64,000 nucleotides of DNA, from the NCBI GenBank assembly GCA_947589305.1, contig CANQAP010000006.1, forward strand, positions 12,291-76,290, given 5' to 3'. Under the pieces are notes generated by a model. The model had not been told where the DNA came from. It ran no database searches and saw only the letters and a program-made list of their open reading frames with translations. Made by a program: the position numbers and the translations under genes. Source of the stretch: an uncultured Lachnospiraceae bacterium. Lineage in GTDB: Bacteria > Bacillota > Clostridia > Lachnospirales > Lachnospiraceae. This document shows positions 17,616 through 28,295 of the stretch, in pieces; the first letter of the stretch is position 1; the number at the start of each line of letters is the position of its first letter.

Positions 17616-19730
17616 TTATAAATTTACCCTTAAGATAATTGCCGATATTTTAGGCAGGTGTACAAATAACCGATTGTTTATGATCCGGCTTGCAATCGGA
17701 TCTAAAAAGTAACCGTCTTCTGTTGTCAGCATCAACTGTGTCAGAACGGTTCCGTCCGGTATGCCCAACTCTGCCACACTGAATTTCAGTTCCAAATCCT
17801 CATATTTGTTATTCAAAACCACGATCACTTTATTCGTTTCATCAAAACGTCCATACGCAACCACCTTATGCGAACCGTGCAAAAAGCGATATGACCCCTT
17901 CATTAAGGCGGAGTTTTCCTTATGTATCCGTATCAGATCCCGATGAAAATCAATCAAATCCCGATCTTCATTCCCCCAAGGATAGGTTCGTCTGTTATCC
18001 GGATCCGTCCAACCACACACGCCCGCTTCATCTCCGTAATAGATAGTAGGCGCCCCGGGCCATGTCATTTGAAATACCACCGCTTCCCGAAACACACCTT
18101 TGTTAATATTCCGGCTTGCCGCTTCCGGTCCCAAAGTATGGGTTCTTCCGACCATACGGTTGGTTCTGGTAAGAAATCTCGAATGATCGTGGTTCGACAA
18201 CTCATTCATGGAGACATAAAGGGATTGATGATGGAATCGTGACATATGATGTCGTAACGCTCCGATAAAAGCATCCGGATTTCCCAACAGGTCCCCTCGG
18301 AATTCGTCACTATGCTTCTCTACACCGGTCAGAAACCATGTGATCGGTTCCATAAACGCATCATAGTTCATCACGGTATCCCATTGGTCACCCAACAGCC
18401 AATCTTTCGGATCCCCATAATGCTCTGCCAAAATGATCGCTTCCGGATTTGCCTCCTTGACGACCGCTCGGAAATCCCGCCAAAATTGGTGATTAAATTC
18501 CGGACTATGTCCCAGATCAGCAGCAACGTCCAAACGCCATCCGTCCACATTGAACGGCGGGGAAACCCATTTCTTGGCGATATTTAAAATATATTCATAG
18601 AGCTTTGGTGATTCTTCGTAATTGAGCTTTGGCAGGGTGTCATGTCCCCACCAACCATTATATGTGGTATTATACGGCCATTGGTATTCATCCGCAAACT
18701 TGAAGAAGCTACGATACGGACTGTCTGCGTCTACATACGCTCCCTTTTCATAACCCTCCTGATTTTCATAGATCTCCTCCCGATCCAGCCATTTATTAAA
18801 CGATCCGCAATGGTTAAATACACCGTCCAATATGATCCTCATGTCACGTTTGTGTATTTCCTCTACCAGTTGAATAAAGAGCTGATTGCTTGCCTCTAAA
18901 TTTTCCTTATCCGTCACCCTCGTAATATACCGAGTTGCTTCCCGATTCGGCGCCTGCCCGTAACTTAAGCACTCTCCCTCATCCTTAACGATCTTGCCGT
19001 AGTGCGGATCTACATAATCATAATCCTGACTGTCATATTTGTGATTGGACGGAGATACAAAAATAGGATTCAGATAAATGACATCCACTCCCAAGTCCTG
19101 CAGATAATCCAGTTTGTCCATGACGCCCTGAAGATCACCACCGTAAAAACATCTGACATCCATTGCATCCGGATATTTATCCCATTGTGTGATCTTTTGT
19201 GTTCCCTCTCCGATATAGCTGTATTCATTATCCAAAACGTCATTGGATGGATCGCCATTATAGAAACGGTCCACAAAGATCTGGTAAAAGACTGCTCCCT
19301 TTGCCCAATCCGGCGTCCGGAATCCCGGCGCGATCTCAAAATTATAGAAAGTATTTAAATCTTTTGCCGCTCCGATCTTATTGTAATAACAAGTGATCCT
19401 TCCGACACGCACTTCAAAATAATAGTCGCATAGCTTATCCGGCAAATCCTGTATGGTATACTCATAATAATCAAACATCTGATCGGAAAAAGCCAGCGGC
19501 ATCTCGATGCGTTCACCGCACCAGATCAAAAATAATTGCTCCACATTATCAATACCGGTCCGAAAACGGATACGCAGGTTGTCATGTGGCATCGGTTCTT
19601 CCGGTGAACGGTAAAATTCGGTTCCGTCGCTGAACAATGCGCCCAAATTCAACGGCGGCTTCATCGAAAACGTATATTTAAATATTTTTTCAGGAATGGA
19701 CAACAGTCCAAAATTGGTATTAAAGTTCAT
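17616..19730 (-). CDS. GH13 alpha-glucosidase/neopullulanase-like glycoside hydrolase
   Basis: GH13 regions DGVFNHCG, DGWRLDVAADL, ILAEHYGD and SNHDHSRF. GGGAGGG RBS. Confidence 0.85.
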   Translation of the reverse strand: MNFNTNFGLLSIPEKIFKYTFSMKPPLNLGALFSDGTEFYRSPEEPMPHDNLRIRFRTGIDNVEQLFLIWCGERIEMPLAFSDQMFDYYEYTIQDLPDKLCDYYFEVRVGRITCYYNKIGAAKDLNTFYNFEIAPGFRTPDWAKGAVFYQIFVDRFYNGDPSNDVLDNEYSYIGEGTQKITQWDKYPDAMDVRCFYGGDLQGVMDKLDYLQDLGVDVIYLNPIFVSPSNHKYDSQDYDYVDPHYGKIVKDEGECLSYGQAPNREATRYITRVTDKENLEASNQLFIQLVEEIHKRDMRIILDGVFNHCGSFNKWLDREEIYENQEGYEKGAYVDADSPYRSFFKFADEYQWPYNTTYNGWWGHDTLPKLNYEESPKLYEYILNIAKKWVSPPFNVDGWRLDVAADLGHSPEFNHQFWRDFRAVVKEANPEAIILAEHYGDPKDWLLGDQWDTVMNYDAFMEPITWFLTGVEKHSDEFRGDLLGNPDAFIGALRHHMSRFHHQSLYVSMNELSNHDHSRFLTRTNRMVGRTHTLGPEAASRNINKGVFREAVVFQMTWPGAPTIYYGDEAGVCGWTDPDNRRTYPWGNEDRDLIDFHRDLIRIHKENSALMKGSYRFLHGSHKVVAYGRFDETNKVIVVLNNKYEDLELKFSVAELGIPDGTVLTQLMLTTEDGYFLDPIASRIINNRLFVHLPKISAIILRVNL

Positions 19731-19804
19731 ATGGATTTCCCTCCCTTGGGATGTACATTCCTATTTTAATATAAAATTGTCCGTTTGTATATGATAGAAT
19801 TTAA

Positions 19805-19901
19805 AAGTTAAAAGGACAGCTACCGAACGCTGTCCTTTTGGAGAAGGTATTTTGTTACTTATGGGTGTAGCAAAAAACTATATAATGTATTGGGGGGTTA
19901 C
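19805..19901 (-). ncRNA. Candidate ~95-nt transcript (sRNA, or attenuated leader of the GH13 gene)
   Basis: Extended -10 TGCTATAAT (19908-19916) with TGAACA 18 nt upstream. The RNA carries CCCCCC, CACCC and CCUUCUCC motifs and ends in the 19811-19838 terminator. Confidence 0.3.
19811..19838 (-). terminator. Intrinsic terminator
   Basis: Minus strand AAAGGACAGC-GTTCGGTA-GCTGTCCTTT followed by TAACTTTTAAAT. Confidence 0.6.
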
Positions 19902-20095
19902 AAGTTTATTATAGCAAATCGTGACAAAAAGTGTTCACAAAGAATTTTCTTTTTTTTCGTTTCTTTTGTGCAAAAAAACCATAACTTATTCTTTGTTTTT
20001 CAAACCAAATGTCAAAATAGATAATTTATCCTTCAAAAATTATCACATTGTTATATAGTCATCTCGACCGTTCTCATGTTCCGTTATGCACGGAA

Positions 20096-21937
20096 TCAGG
20101 CGAATAACTGTTCAAATTCTTTGCCGTCAATACGGTCTTTCTCCAGCAGCAGGCCCGCGCAGCGATGAAGGATATCCATATTGTCTTCCAAGATCTTCCT
20201 AGCCTGTGCATAGCACTCATCCATGATCCGCTTGACTTCCATATCGATCTGCATGGCTGTTTCTTCACTAAAGTTCTTTGCATGTCCTAAATCTCTGCCC
20301 AAAAATACCTCTTCTTCATCCGAACTTTCGTAATTGACCAAGCCCAGTTTTTCGGACATACCATATTTTGTTACCATAGAGCGTGCCGTCTGCGTAGCTA
20401 TCTTGATATCTTGCGAAGCCCCTGTCGTGATATCTTCAAAGATCAATTCTTCGGCGATCCTTCCGCCAAAATCCACCATAATATCCTGACACATCATCCC
20501 TTTGGTCGTGAATTCATTATCATTCTTTGGCAGGCGCATCGTATAACCTGCGGCTCCCTCTCCGGTCGGAATAATGGATACGGCATATACCGGTCCGACA
20601 TCCGGAAGCAGATGAAAGAGGATGGCATGTCCGGCTTCATGATATGCCGTGATCTTTCGGGTGGTCTCCGGTATCAGCCGGCTTCTCTTTTCAGTGCCGA
20701 CTCCTACTTTAATAAACGCCTGATCGACATCCTGTTTTAAAATATATGACCGATCATGTTTTGCCGCCATGATTGCTGCTTCATTCATGAGATTCTCCAA
20801 ATCCGCACCGGCAAATCCGGAGGTTGTCCTTGCGATCTCGTGCAAATCTACATCTTCACCAAGCGGTTTATCGACCGTATGCACTTTTAAGATATCTTCC
20901 CTGCCCTTAACATCCGGCTTACCGACCACTACTTTTCGATCGAATCTGCCCGGTCTTAAAATGGCGGGATCCAAAATATCTACCCGATTGGTCGCAGCCA
21001 TCACGATAATGCCTTCATTAACCCCGAATCCGTCCATCTCTACCAATAACTGATTCAAGGTCTGTTCCCGTTCGTCATGTCCGCCGCCGAGTCCGGACCC
21101 TCTCTTTCTTGCAACCGCATCAATTTCATCAATAAACACGATACACGGTGCATTTTTTTGCGCTTCCATAAATAAATCCCTGACTCTGGAGGCGCCGACG
21201 CCTACAAACATTTCTACAAAATCCGAACCGGAAATACTTAAAAACGGCACCTGCGCTTCACCCGAAATCGCTTTTGCCAATAAAGTTTTACCGGTACCCG
21301 GAGGTCCTACCAATAACACGCCCTTCGGGATTCTTGCACCCAGTCTTGCGTACTTTTCAGGATTTCTTAAAAAATCTACGATTTCTTCTAATTCCTGCTT
21401 TTCTTCCTGTAACCCCGCCACTTTCGTAAAATCGATGCCATGTTCATTTTCCACCATCATTTTGGCACGGCTTTTCCCGAAATCCATCATTCTTCCGCCG
21501 CCGGAACCCTGCATGGATAACATGATCACAAACATAAAAACGATCACCACAATGATCAGGATCGCATATGGAAGCAACTGGCTGAAAGCGCTCTGCCTTG
21601 TCACGTCTCCAACCGTGATGACAATATCCTCGCTCTGTTCTTCTTTTTGATTCTGCTCCTGAACCATGCGAATGATCTCATTGACATCCGAGGTATAAAA
21701 ATCTTTTCCTGTATTTTCATCCGTCATGACCGTTACCACACCGGTCGGTATTTCACCGTTTTGTTTAATGATGACCGTACGGATATTTCCTGCCTCTAAG
21801 TCTTCTTGAAAACTTGATAAATTATATGAAAACAAGTCGATCGAAGTACTTTTTACATAAAAAGAATATGCAAATACAAAAAGGGCAAGCAAGACCAAAA
21901 ACCAAACGATCCCACGAAATGCTCCCTGCTTATTCAT
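20096..21937 (-). CDS. ftsH: ATP-dependent zinc metalloprotease FtsH
   Basis: Two N-terminal TM helices, Walker [17 protein letters not shown] region and zinc site HEAGHA. Confidence 0.95.
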   Translation of the reverse strand: MNKQGAFRGIVWFLVLLALFVFAYSFYVKSTSIDLFSYNLSSFQEDLEAGNIRTVIIKQNGEIPTGVVTVMTDENTGKDFYTSDVNEIIRMVQEQNQKEEQSEDIVITVGDVTRQSAFSQLLPYAILIIVVIVFMFVIMLSMQGSGGGRMMDFGKSRAKMMVENEHGIDFTKVAGLQEEKQELEEIVDFLRNPEKYARLGARIPKGVLLVGPPGTGKTLLAKAISGEAQVPFLSISGSDFVEMFVGVGASRVRDLFMEAQKNAPCIVFIDEIDAVARKRGSGLGGGHDEREQTLNQLLVEMDGFGVNEGIIVMAATNRVDILDPAILRPGRFDRKVVVGKPDVKGREDILKVHTVDKPLGEDVDLHEIARTTSGFAGADLENLMNEAAIMAAKHDRSYILKQDVDQAFIKVGVGTEKRSRLIPETTRKITAYHEAGHAILFHLLPDVGPVYAVSIIPTGEGAAGYTMRLPKNDNEFTTKGMMCQDIMVDFGGRIAEELIFEDITTGASQDIKIATQTARSMVTKYGMSEKLGLVNYESSDEEEVFLGRDLGHAKNFSEETAMQIDMEVKRIMDECYAQARKILEDNMDILHRCAGLLLEKDRIDGKEFEQLFA

Positions 21938-21949
21938 CGTTTCTCCTTT

Positions 21950-22468
21950 CTACACTTCCAAGATCCCAATATATGGAAGATTTCTATATTTCTGTGCATA
22001 GTCAAGTCCATATCCCACTACAAATACATCCGGAATGACAAATCCGATATCATCGATCGCTACCTCTTTTTTTCTTCGATCCGGCTTACTCAACAAGGTG
22101 ATCAAACGCAGATCTGCCGGCTGCCGGCTGGCTAATATCGGCAACAGATAACTTAACGTAGTACCGGAATCAATAATATCTTCTACAAGAACCACATGCT
22201 TATCCCGAATCGAATCCGCCATATCCATGACAATCTTAACGCGACCGTCCGATTCGGTGCCGGAACCATAGCTGGACACCGCCATAAAATCCATCTGTAC
22301 CGGCATGGTCAGCCGCTTTGCCAATTCACAGACAAAAAAGACACTTCCCTTTAGAATACCTACCAAATGCACTTCCTTGCCCTCATAATCACGATTCAGT
22401 TTGTCTGCCATTTCCTGTATTCTCGTTTCAATGGCTTCTTTTGAGATCAAGACTGAAATTTTATCCAT
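21950..22468 (-). CDS. hpt: Hypoxanthine phosphoribosyltransferase
   Basis: PRPP motif VVLVEDIIDSGTTLS, in the conserved tilS-hpt-ftsH order. Confidence 0.9.
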   Translation of the reverse strand: MDKISVLISKEAIETRIQEMADKLNRDYEGKEVHLVGILKGSVFFVCELAKRLTMPVQMDFMAVSSYGSGTESDGRVKIVMDMADSIRDKHVVLVEDIIDSGTTLSYLLPILASRQPADLRLITLLSKPDRRKKEVAIDDIGFVIPDVFVVGYGLDYAQKYRNLPYIGILEV

Positions 22469-23897
22469 GTTCCTCTCCTTGGTACCGAAATTCCACCTGT
22501 AAAACGGTTTTGGTGGTCTCGGTTATTTTTACATCTTCTCCGATCCGTTGCCCGATTATCCAATCAATCCGATCGCCTTCTGCCAAAACCAGCATCCTTT
22601 GCCGTTCTTCCTGTGCAATCTTATGATCCACAAAATAGCGGGACAGCTTCTTACGTTCTCCCTGCACATTCATAATAAAATAGTCGCCTGCTCTCGGATT
22701 CCTCACACATAAAGTATCATTAATTTTATCATAATCAAACATTTTCGTATATACTTTTTTGGAAATTTCCGGTATTTGTTCTATCTTCCGCAGACTGCAT
22801 GCTATCTCGCCGATCCCGTTCAGCCGAACGATCCCCGGCACCTGTATCATAACCGGTTCCATATCCCGCGCCCTATCCGTCTGTACGGAATCTGTTTTTT
22901 GGATACAAATGCTTTCATATCTGCTACATCCCATCAACCCATACGGAAGATGAATCTGCTTTCCTACCGGTTTATCCAGCAGAGAGCGTATCTGTTCTAC
23001 ATGGATCTGCCGGATATCTTTTGCCGAACCTGCCAACTGTGTCAGGAGCCTGTATATGACATGCCGTTGCAGTAACTCCGGCTGGCTTTTCATCGCGCCG
23101 CTGTCAATCAGCACCCGGTCTTTTCTGATCTTTACCCATTCTTTTTCCCAGATCTGCGCCTGCCCTTCCACATACTGCCAGTATTCCTGTGCCAAATCCG
23201 CAACTGCTGCCATATGAGGGATTGCCTGTGCATTTACGTCCTGAATCTGCGGCAGGATTCGATTCCGTATAAGATTTCTGGAATAGTCGTCGGTTGCATT
23301 GGAGGCATCCGTTACATAACCGATCCCATGTTCTTGCAGAAAATGTTCAATCTCCGCCCTGTCTACATACAGTAAAGGGCGAATGATCTTCCCACGCACC
23401 GCCGGTATACTTCCCAATCCACGCATGCCGGTTCCCCGCAGCATATGAAACAGCAACGTTTCCACTCGATCCTTTTGATGATGCGCCACGGCAATTTTTT
23501 GACACTTTTCTTGACGGCATGCCAGTTCAAAGCATTCATATCGATAATCTCTGCCTGCTTCTTCTATCGAACAGCCTGCTTCTTCCGCATATTCTTTGAT
23601 ATCTTTGTGAAAGACCGTACATGGTATTCCCTGCTTATTACAGTACTCCCGTACATACCGTTCTTCTTCTGCCGCTTCTTCTCGCAACAGATGATTGACG
23701 TGTACAACATGAAGCTGCAGATCCCATTCCGGAGCCAGTTCCTGCAATACCGCCAACAGACACATGGAATCCGCGCCGCCGGAAACACCTACCACGATCT
23801 TCTCTCCTTGTTCGATCATATGAAATTGTTCGAGTGTCTTCCGTACCTGAGCTAACACGGTATCGTTCTGCCTCCAACCTCGGATTTCTGTTATCAT
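22461..23897 (-). CDS. tilS: tRNA(Ile)-lysidine synthetase
   Basis: PP-loop VGVSGGADS. The tracked start at 23924 is TTG; the ATG at 23897 is preferred but uncertain. Confidence 0.85.
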   Translation of the reverse strand: MITEIRGWRQNDTVLAQVRKTLEQFHMIEQGEKIVVGVSGGADSMCLLAVLQELAPEWDLQLHVVHVNHLLREEAAEEERYVREYCNKQGIPCTVFHKDIKEYAEEAGCSIEEAGRDYRYECFELACRQEKCQKIAVAHHQKDRVETLLFHMLRGTGMRGLGSIPAVRGKIIRPLLYVDRAEIEHFLQEHGIGYVTDASNATDDYSRNLIRNRILPQIQDVNAQAIPHMAAVADLAQEYWQYVEGQAQIWEKEWVKIRKDRVLIDSGAMKSQPELLQRHVIYRLLTQLAGSAKDIRQIHVEQIRSLLDKPVGKQIHLPYGLMGCSRYESICIQKTDSVQTDRARDMEPVMIQVPGIVRLNGIGEIACSLRKIEQIPEISKKVYTKMFDYDKINDTLCVRNPRAGDYFIMNVQGERKKLSRYFVDHKIAQEERQRMLVLAEGDRIDWIIGQRIGEDVKITETTKTVLQVEFRYQGEEHG

Positions 23898-23939
23898 CTT
23901 ACTGGATATCCTTGGAAATTGCAAGATTCGCCAAATACT

Positions 23940-26063
23940 CTACTTTTTCCATATGCCCAAGACCAGAACGCTGGCATCATCCCGCATGCCTCTGCCATTC
24001 ATTTTCAGAATACGGTCAATAATCTCATCCGCCATCTCCTGCGGATTTTTGGCGTCAATCTCCAACAACATTTCCTTTAAACATTCTTCTTTATTGTCAA
24101 ATAAGATACCGTCTAACACCCCATCACTCACCATAATGATCATATCACCGTGATAGAATTTCTTTTGTATGGCATCAATATCCGTATGTTCCTGTATCCC
24201 TACCGGCAGAGTGGTTGACTGAATGCTTTCGATCCATTGTCCTCTTTTAATGAATGTAGTAGATGCCCCCATCTTCAAAAATTCTCCGACGCCGGAATAC
24301 AGATCCACCATACACAGGTCAAGCGTGGCAAAACGTTCTCCCTGTCCTTGCATAGCGATCAATTCATTTAAGATTTCGATCGCCGATTCTTTCTTGAAAC
24401 CGGCTTCCAGCATTTCTTCCAATAAATCGACCAGTTGCTCGCTCTGCCGAGATGCTTCTTCTCCACTGCCCATTCCGTCCGCCAGTATCATCAGTAACTG
24501 TCCGTTTTTTAATTCCATCTGAGAAAAATTATCTCCCGATATCTGCTGCCCTTCCTTTGTGATCCGTCTTGCCCCGGTCAGATAGCGGTAATGTGTATCC
24601 TCTTCAAACATGACGACATCATACTCGCGATTAATAAGCATCCGGCTCGATGGCGCGACACGATAATCACACCCCAGTGCTTCGCTGATGATCTGAGCCG
24701 CTTCCTTTGCCGTCATAACCCTGCCACGTATGGTACGGGCAGAAAGGTAGATCTCCTTTTTCCCATACATGCCCTTGAGCATGACCAAATGCTTCACACG
24801 CACGTTTTGCCGTTCCAATCGATGAATCACTATGCTTTCCTGTTGCTGGTTCACTGCCACCGGCGTATACATGCCCACCGAAAATTCCTGTAGACTTTCG
24901 CCGATTTCCCCCATTTGACGGGCAAAGGTCGGATAACGGAGTGCCTGTCCGTCATTATCCAGCGCATAGGCGGGTTCTCCGAAGCTCCTTCCAATCTTTG
25001 TAAATACTTCCGCAAAATCCTGCAACCGCAAACGCGTCATCTTCTGAACTTCACTACTGACTAATTCCGTATCCGATTCCGGACCCGCCATGGAATATTT
25101 TAACAGATAACTTTTTGGCGTACAGATAAACAGCACGCAGGCAGAAAGCAGTCCCCGCAATGCCTGTACCTCCAGCAGTTCCGGATAATAGAAGAAACCA
25201 AGAAAACCTATCACTGCCAAAAAACCTAAGGTTTCCAAAAGCCGGCTCCACTCTCCCAAAAAAGCGGCAGCCAGACTTAAGATCACACAGATCGCCACCC
25301 ATTCTACCTGCTGTGTCCGCAATGCCAGAATCACGCCGCAGACCGTGCCGACACTGGTACCATATGCAACACCATAGCGGTAAGACATAAACAGGAGCAG
25401 ATAGCAGATTACCCCCTGCAGCGCCGTAAAATAAAACGCTACCTGCAACGGAATCCCCCAAAGCACAATTGCCATCAGGCTTAAGGTACTTAAGAGATTC
25501 TCACTTTTCATGATATCTTCTTTATTACGGATCACCTGCAGCGCCTGTTCCAAAATCAGAATAAAGCAAGTCACTATGACCCCTTCCAAGATCGGCATAT
25601 ACCAAGCGAACGGATCAGACAGCCATGCGCCGATTCGTCCGGCATATCCGGCAGCAGAGGATTCCTGAAACATCTGATCTCTTAACGGATTCCAAAATGT
25701 GACATTCAATCCCTCGGTCGGCAACGCATTCCAGATAAAGCTTGCCAGCATGGTAATTCCACCGGACATACATGCCATAGTCAGTGGATTATTTCGTTTA
25801 TTCCCGGAAGACACAATACTGATCCCCACCGTGATCAGCAATAAAATAATACCGTATTTTACCATGCCGTTCAAAGAAAACGTAGATGCGATCCCGAACA
25901 ATATGGTTCCGTATAATCCCCATGAACCGCATCCTGCCAGATAAGCTCCCACAAAAATAGCGACAGCAAAAGGATATATACCCGCCAATTCTGAACGTGC
26001 CGCCAGAAAAGTCAAAATATATATCCAAACCATTTCCTGTTTTTTAGTTATTTCCGCATTCAT
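23940..26063 (-). CDS. spoIIE: Stage II sporulation protein E (PP2C phosphatase with ~10 TM N-terminus)
   Basis: Long polytopic N-terminal half and a C-terminal PP2C (LMILADGMGSGEEA ... MVSDGV ... RDDASVLV). Position upstream of tilS as in Bacillus. Confidence 0.85.
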   Translation of the reverse strand: MNAEITKKQEMVWIYILTFLAARSELAGIYPFAVAIFVGAYLAGCGSWGLYGTILFGIASTFSLNGMVKYGIILLLITVGISIVSSGNKRNNPLTMACMSGGITMLASFIWNALPTEGLNVTFWNPLRDQMFQESSAAGYAGRIGAWLSDPFAWYMPILEGVIVTCFILILEQALQVIRNKEDIMKSENLLSTLSLMAIVLWGIPLQVAFYFTALQGVICYLLLFMSYRYGVAYGTSVGTVCGVILALRTQQVEWVAICVILSLAAAFLGEWSRLLETLGFLAVIGFLGFFYYPELLEVQALRGLLSACVLFICTPKSYLLKYSMAGPESDTELVSSEVQKMTRLRLQDFAEVFTKIGRSFGEPAYALDNDGQALRYPTFARQMGEIGESLQEFSVGMYTPVAVNQQQESIVIHRLERQNVRVKHLVMLKGMYGKKEIYLSARTIRGRVMTAKEAAQIISEALGCDYRVAPSSRMLINREYDVVMFEEDTHYRYLTGARRITKEGQQISGDNFSQMELKNGQLLMILADGMGSGEEASRQSEQLVDLLEEMLEAGFKKESAIEILNELIAMQGQGERFATLDLCMVDLYSGVGEFLKMGASTTFIKRGQWIESIQSTTLPVGIQEHTDIDAIQKKFYHGDMIIMVSDGVLDGILFDNKEECLKEMLLEIDAKNPQEMADEIIDRILKMNGRGMRDDASVLVLGIWKK

Positions 26064-26092
26064 CCCTATTCACCTCCATTTACCATGGATTC

Positions 26093-26125
26093 ATTATAGG
26101 AATGTCGGCTGCGGAATTCTGTCAT
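26093..26125 (-). promoter_or_regulatory. Candidate spoIIE promoter with a 21-nt spacer
   Basis: Minus strand ATGACA-21 nt-TATAAT. 0A-box-like heptamers TGTCGGC (26103-26109) and TGTCATA (26120-26126) lie on the plus strand. Confidence 0.45.
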
Positions 26126-26192
26126 ATTTTATACATCAAATTCTAGAATATTCCCCATAGAATGTTTGAGAAACTCTGTCAGGGCGTTGATA

Positions 26193-27437
26193 CTAAGCAT
26201 TAAACATCACTTTCTCATTATGGAACATCTTTGCCGTCAGGTATGCGCACAAGGCTCCGCTCACAAGATTAGAAATTGTGGCAAACAGGCATTCCAAAGG
26301 CGAAAGTTCAACCGTAAACACATTTTTCAAAGCCATCGTGGAACCATATAACGGAATGAAATACTGCAGATTCGAAACATTCTCACCCCTGAACATAGAT
26401 ACCATGCCAATCGCCAGTACCAGCATATAAAGCGGCATGATATAGGTACTTGCTTCTTTCATATTCTTAGCGAAGGTCGCACACATCGCGATCAGCGCCA
26501 CATATAAAAAGACAAGCGTAACGATCAGTACCAGCATCATGACCATCTGGCTAGGCATAAAATGTAAATCCTGCCCTGTCAACGTACCTAAGGTCCTATA
26601 AAGCAACGGCATCGCAAAGATCATGGCGCCGCCATAAATCAGAGAGGAAAGTCCTGACAAAATCATCAATGCAAACAGTTTCCCATATACGATCGCACTC
26701 CGCTTAATCGGTGTCACGAGCAGAGCCGCCATGGTGCCGCGTTCTTTTTCTCCCGCAAAACTATCCGCACCCAGATTCATAGCTCCCGCAAACAATGCAA
26801 TGGTAATCATATACGGGATCACGAAGCCGAATATTTTTCCCTGTGCCTTATTGTCATTTTGAATGACCGAATCCTCATTGGTCGCGTCTACCGTAAAGAT
26901 TTTCAGTTGTTCCAAGTCGCCTACCCGTTCCTGTAGCAGTTTCTGACGATACGGTTCCAGCAATTTATTCAGAACGTCCGTCCTTGCATTATCGGAATAG
27001 TCTTCGGAAGGATTGTAATAGGTATAGATATCCGGTATGGATTCCGCTGTAGGATATTCTTTCACCTGCTCTTCAAAATCATCCGGAAATACCAGTATGA
27101 GATCCAACTCTCCGGAATAAATGTGTGCCTTTTCTTCTTCCACCATCTGTCCGTCATCGGTCCATGTGATATGAAAAACACTGTCGTTTTGACGATATTC
27201 TCCGGTTGATTGTTCCATCGTACCCATATAATCATAAAAACTGTGCGGCGCATGATAGATCAGAATCGTCGGCTCGTGTTCCTCCCAGTCTTCCATCATG
27301 GAAGACATTAAAATCCCCATCAGCAGATAAATCCCGATAATGACAATCGCCGGCATAAAAAATAGACCAAATACCATTTTTCGATCCGAAAACACACGGT
27401 ATAATTCCTTTTTCATCACAATCACTATCGTTTTCAT
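26193..27437 (-). CDS. ABC-2 family permease (NatB-like)
   Basis: 414 aa: one N-terminal TM helix, a large extracytoplasmic loop and then about 5 TM helices. Start overlaps the ATPase stop. Confidence 0.7.
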   Translation of the reverse strand: MKTIVIVMKKELYRVFSDRKMVFGLFFMPAIVIIGIYLLMGILMSSMMEDWEEHEPTILIYHAPHSFYDYMGTMEQSTGEYRQNDSVFHITWTDDGQMVEEEKAHIYSGELDLILVFPDDFEEQVKEYPTAESIPDIYTYYNPSEDYSDNARTDVLNKLLEPYRQKLLQERVGDLEQLKIFTVDATNEDSVIQNDNKAQGKIFGFVIPYMITIALFAGAMNLGADSFAGEKERGTMAALLVTPIKRSAIVYGKLFALMILSGLSSLIYGGAMIFAMPLLYRTLGTLTGQDLHFMPSQMVMMLVLIVTLVFLYVALIAMCATFAKNMKEASTYIMPLYMLVLAIGMVSMFRGENVSNLQYFIPLYGSTMALKNVFTVELSPLECLFATISNLVSGALCAYLTAKMFHNEKVMFNA

Positions 27438-28210
27438 TATTTGTCCTCCGTTGCTTGTCGATAAAGTTCAAAGAACGCATCCTCCAAATCGTCTGACTGA
27501 CGCAGGGCAAGCGCTTCCTGTAAGGTTCCCTGAAACACACAAGAACCGTTGATGATCATTGCCATACGATCGCAGAGTTTTTGTGCCTCCGGCATGATAT
27601 GTGTCGAAATAACTACCAGTTTACCTCGATCCCTTAAAATACGCAGATAATCCGTCACCGCCCTTGCGGTTATAATATCCAGTCCGTTTGTCGGTTCATC
27701 AAAAATCACAATATCGGGATCATGTACCAAACTGACCGCAATCGAAGCCTTTTGTTTCATTCCGGTAGAAAGTTCTTCGATCCTTTTGTTTTCAAATTCC
27801 GTAATCCCAAAATAAGAGAATAACTCCATTTGGCGTTTTTCAATATATTCATCTGACAGACCATACAACCTGCCAAAAAACCAAAACAAATATTTCGGAC
27901 TAAAATGAACATCCAGTTTGACCTCATTCGTCAAAAATGCCATTGAGCGACGCACCTGTTCTCCGTCTCTGACCGTATGGAAACCATTGACCAAAATATC
28001 GCCTTCCGTCGGTGTCAAAAGCGTTGCGACACATCGTAGCAAAGTCGTCTTTCCGGCGCCATTCGGTCCCAGAATCCCGAAGATCTCTCCTGCCTTTGCT
28101 GTAAGCGATACATCCCGGACTGCTACCTTTGTGCTTGAGTTCGTCTTGTTCTCTGCCATTTGTTTTTTGTTTAATTTATAGATCTTTGTCACATGCTGAA
28201 TCTCTACCAT
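27437..28210 (-). CDS. ABC transporter ATP-binding protein (NatA-like)
   Basis: Walker A GPNGAGKTT, signature LSTGMKQK, Walker B IVIFDEPTNGLD. Start placed at the ATG at 28210 (MVEIQHV) to avoid overlap with the divIC-like gene. Confidence 0.85.
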   Translation of the reverse strand: MVEIQHVTKIYKLNKKQMAENKTNSSTKVAVRDVSLTAKAGEIFGILGPNGAGKTTLLRCVATLLTPTEGDILVNGFHTVRDGEQVRRSMAFLTNEVKLDVHFSPKYLFWFFGRLYGLSDEYIEKRQMELFSYFGITEFENKRIEELSTGMKQKASIAVSLVHDPDIVIFDEPTNGLDIITARAVTDYLRILRDRGKLVVISTHIMPEAQKLCDRMAMIINGSCVFQGTLQEALALRQSDDLEDAFFELYRQATEDK

Positions 28211-28295
28211 AGTTCGTTCACTTTCTTTTATTGTGTATTTCCTGTCTTTTTCTGTCATATGAAAAGACCATTGCTGATCTTTCCCGCAATGGCTC

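Noticed and set aside
19851-19878. A RAT-like sequence (TTTTGTTACTTATGGGTGTAGCAAAAAAC) resembling BglG/SacY antiterminator targets.
   Set aside because: It is on the plus strand while both neighbouring genes and the terminator polarity are minus. It follows rather than overlaps the 5' arm of the hairpin. No antiterminator gene is nearby.
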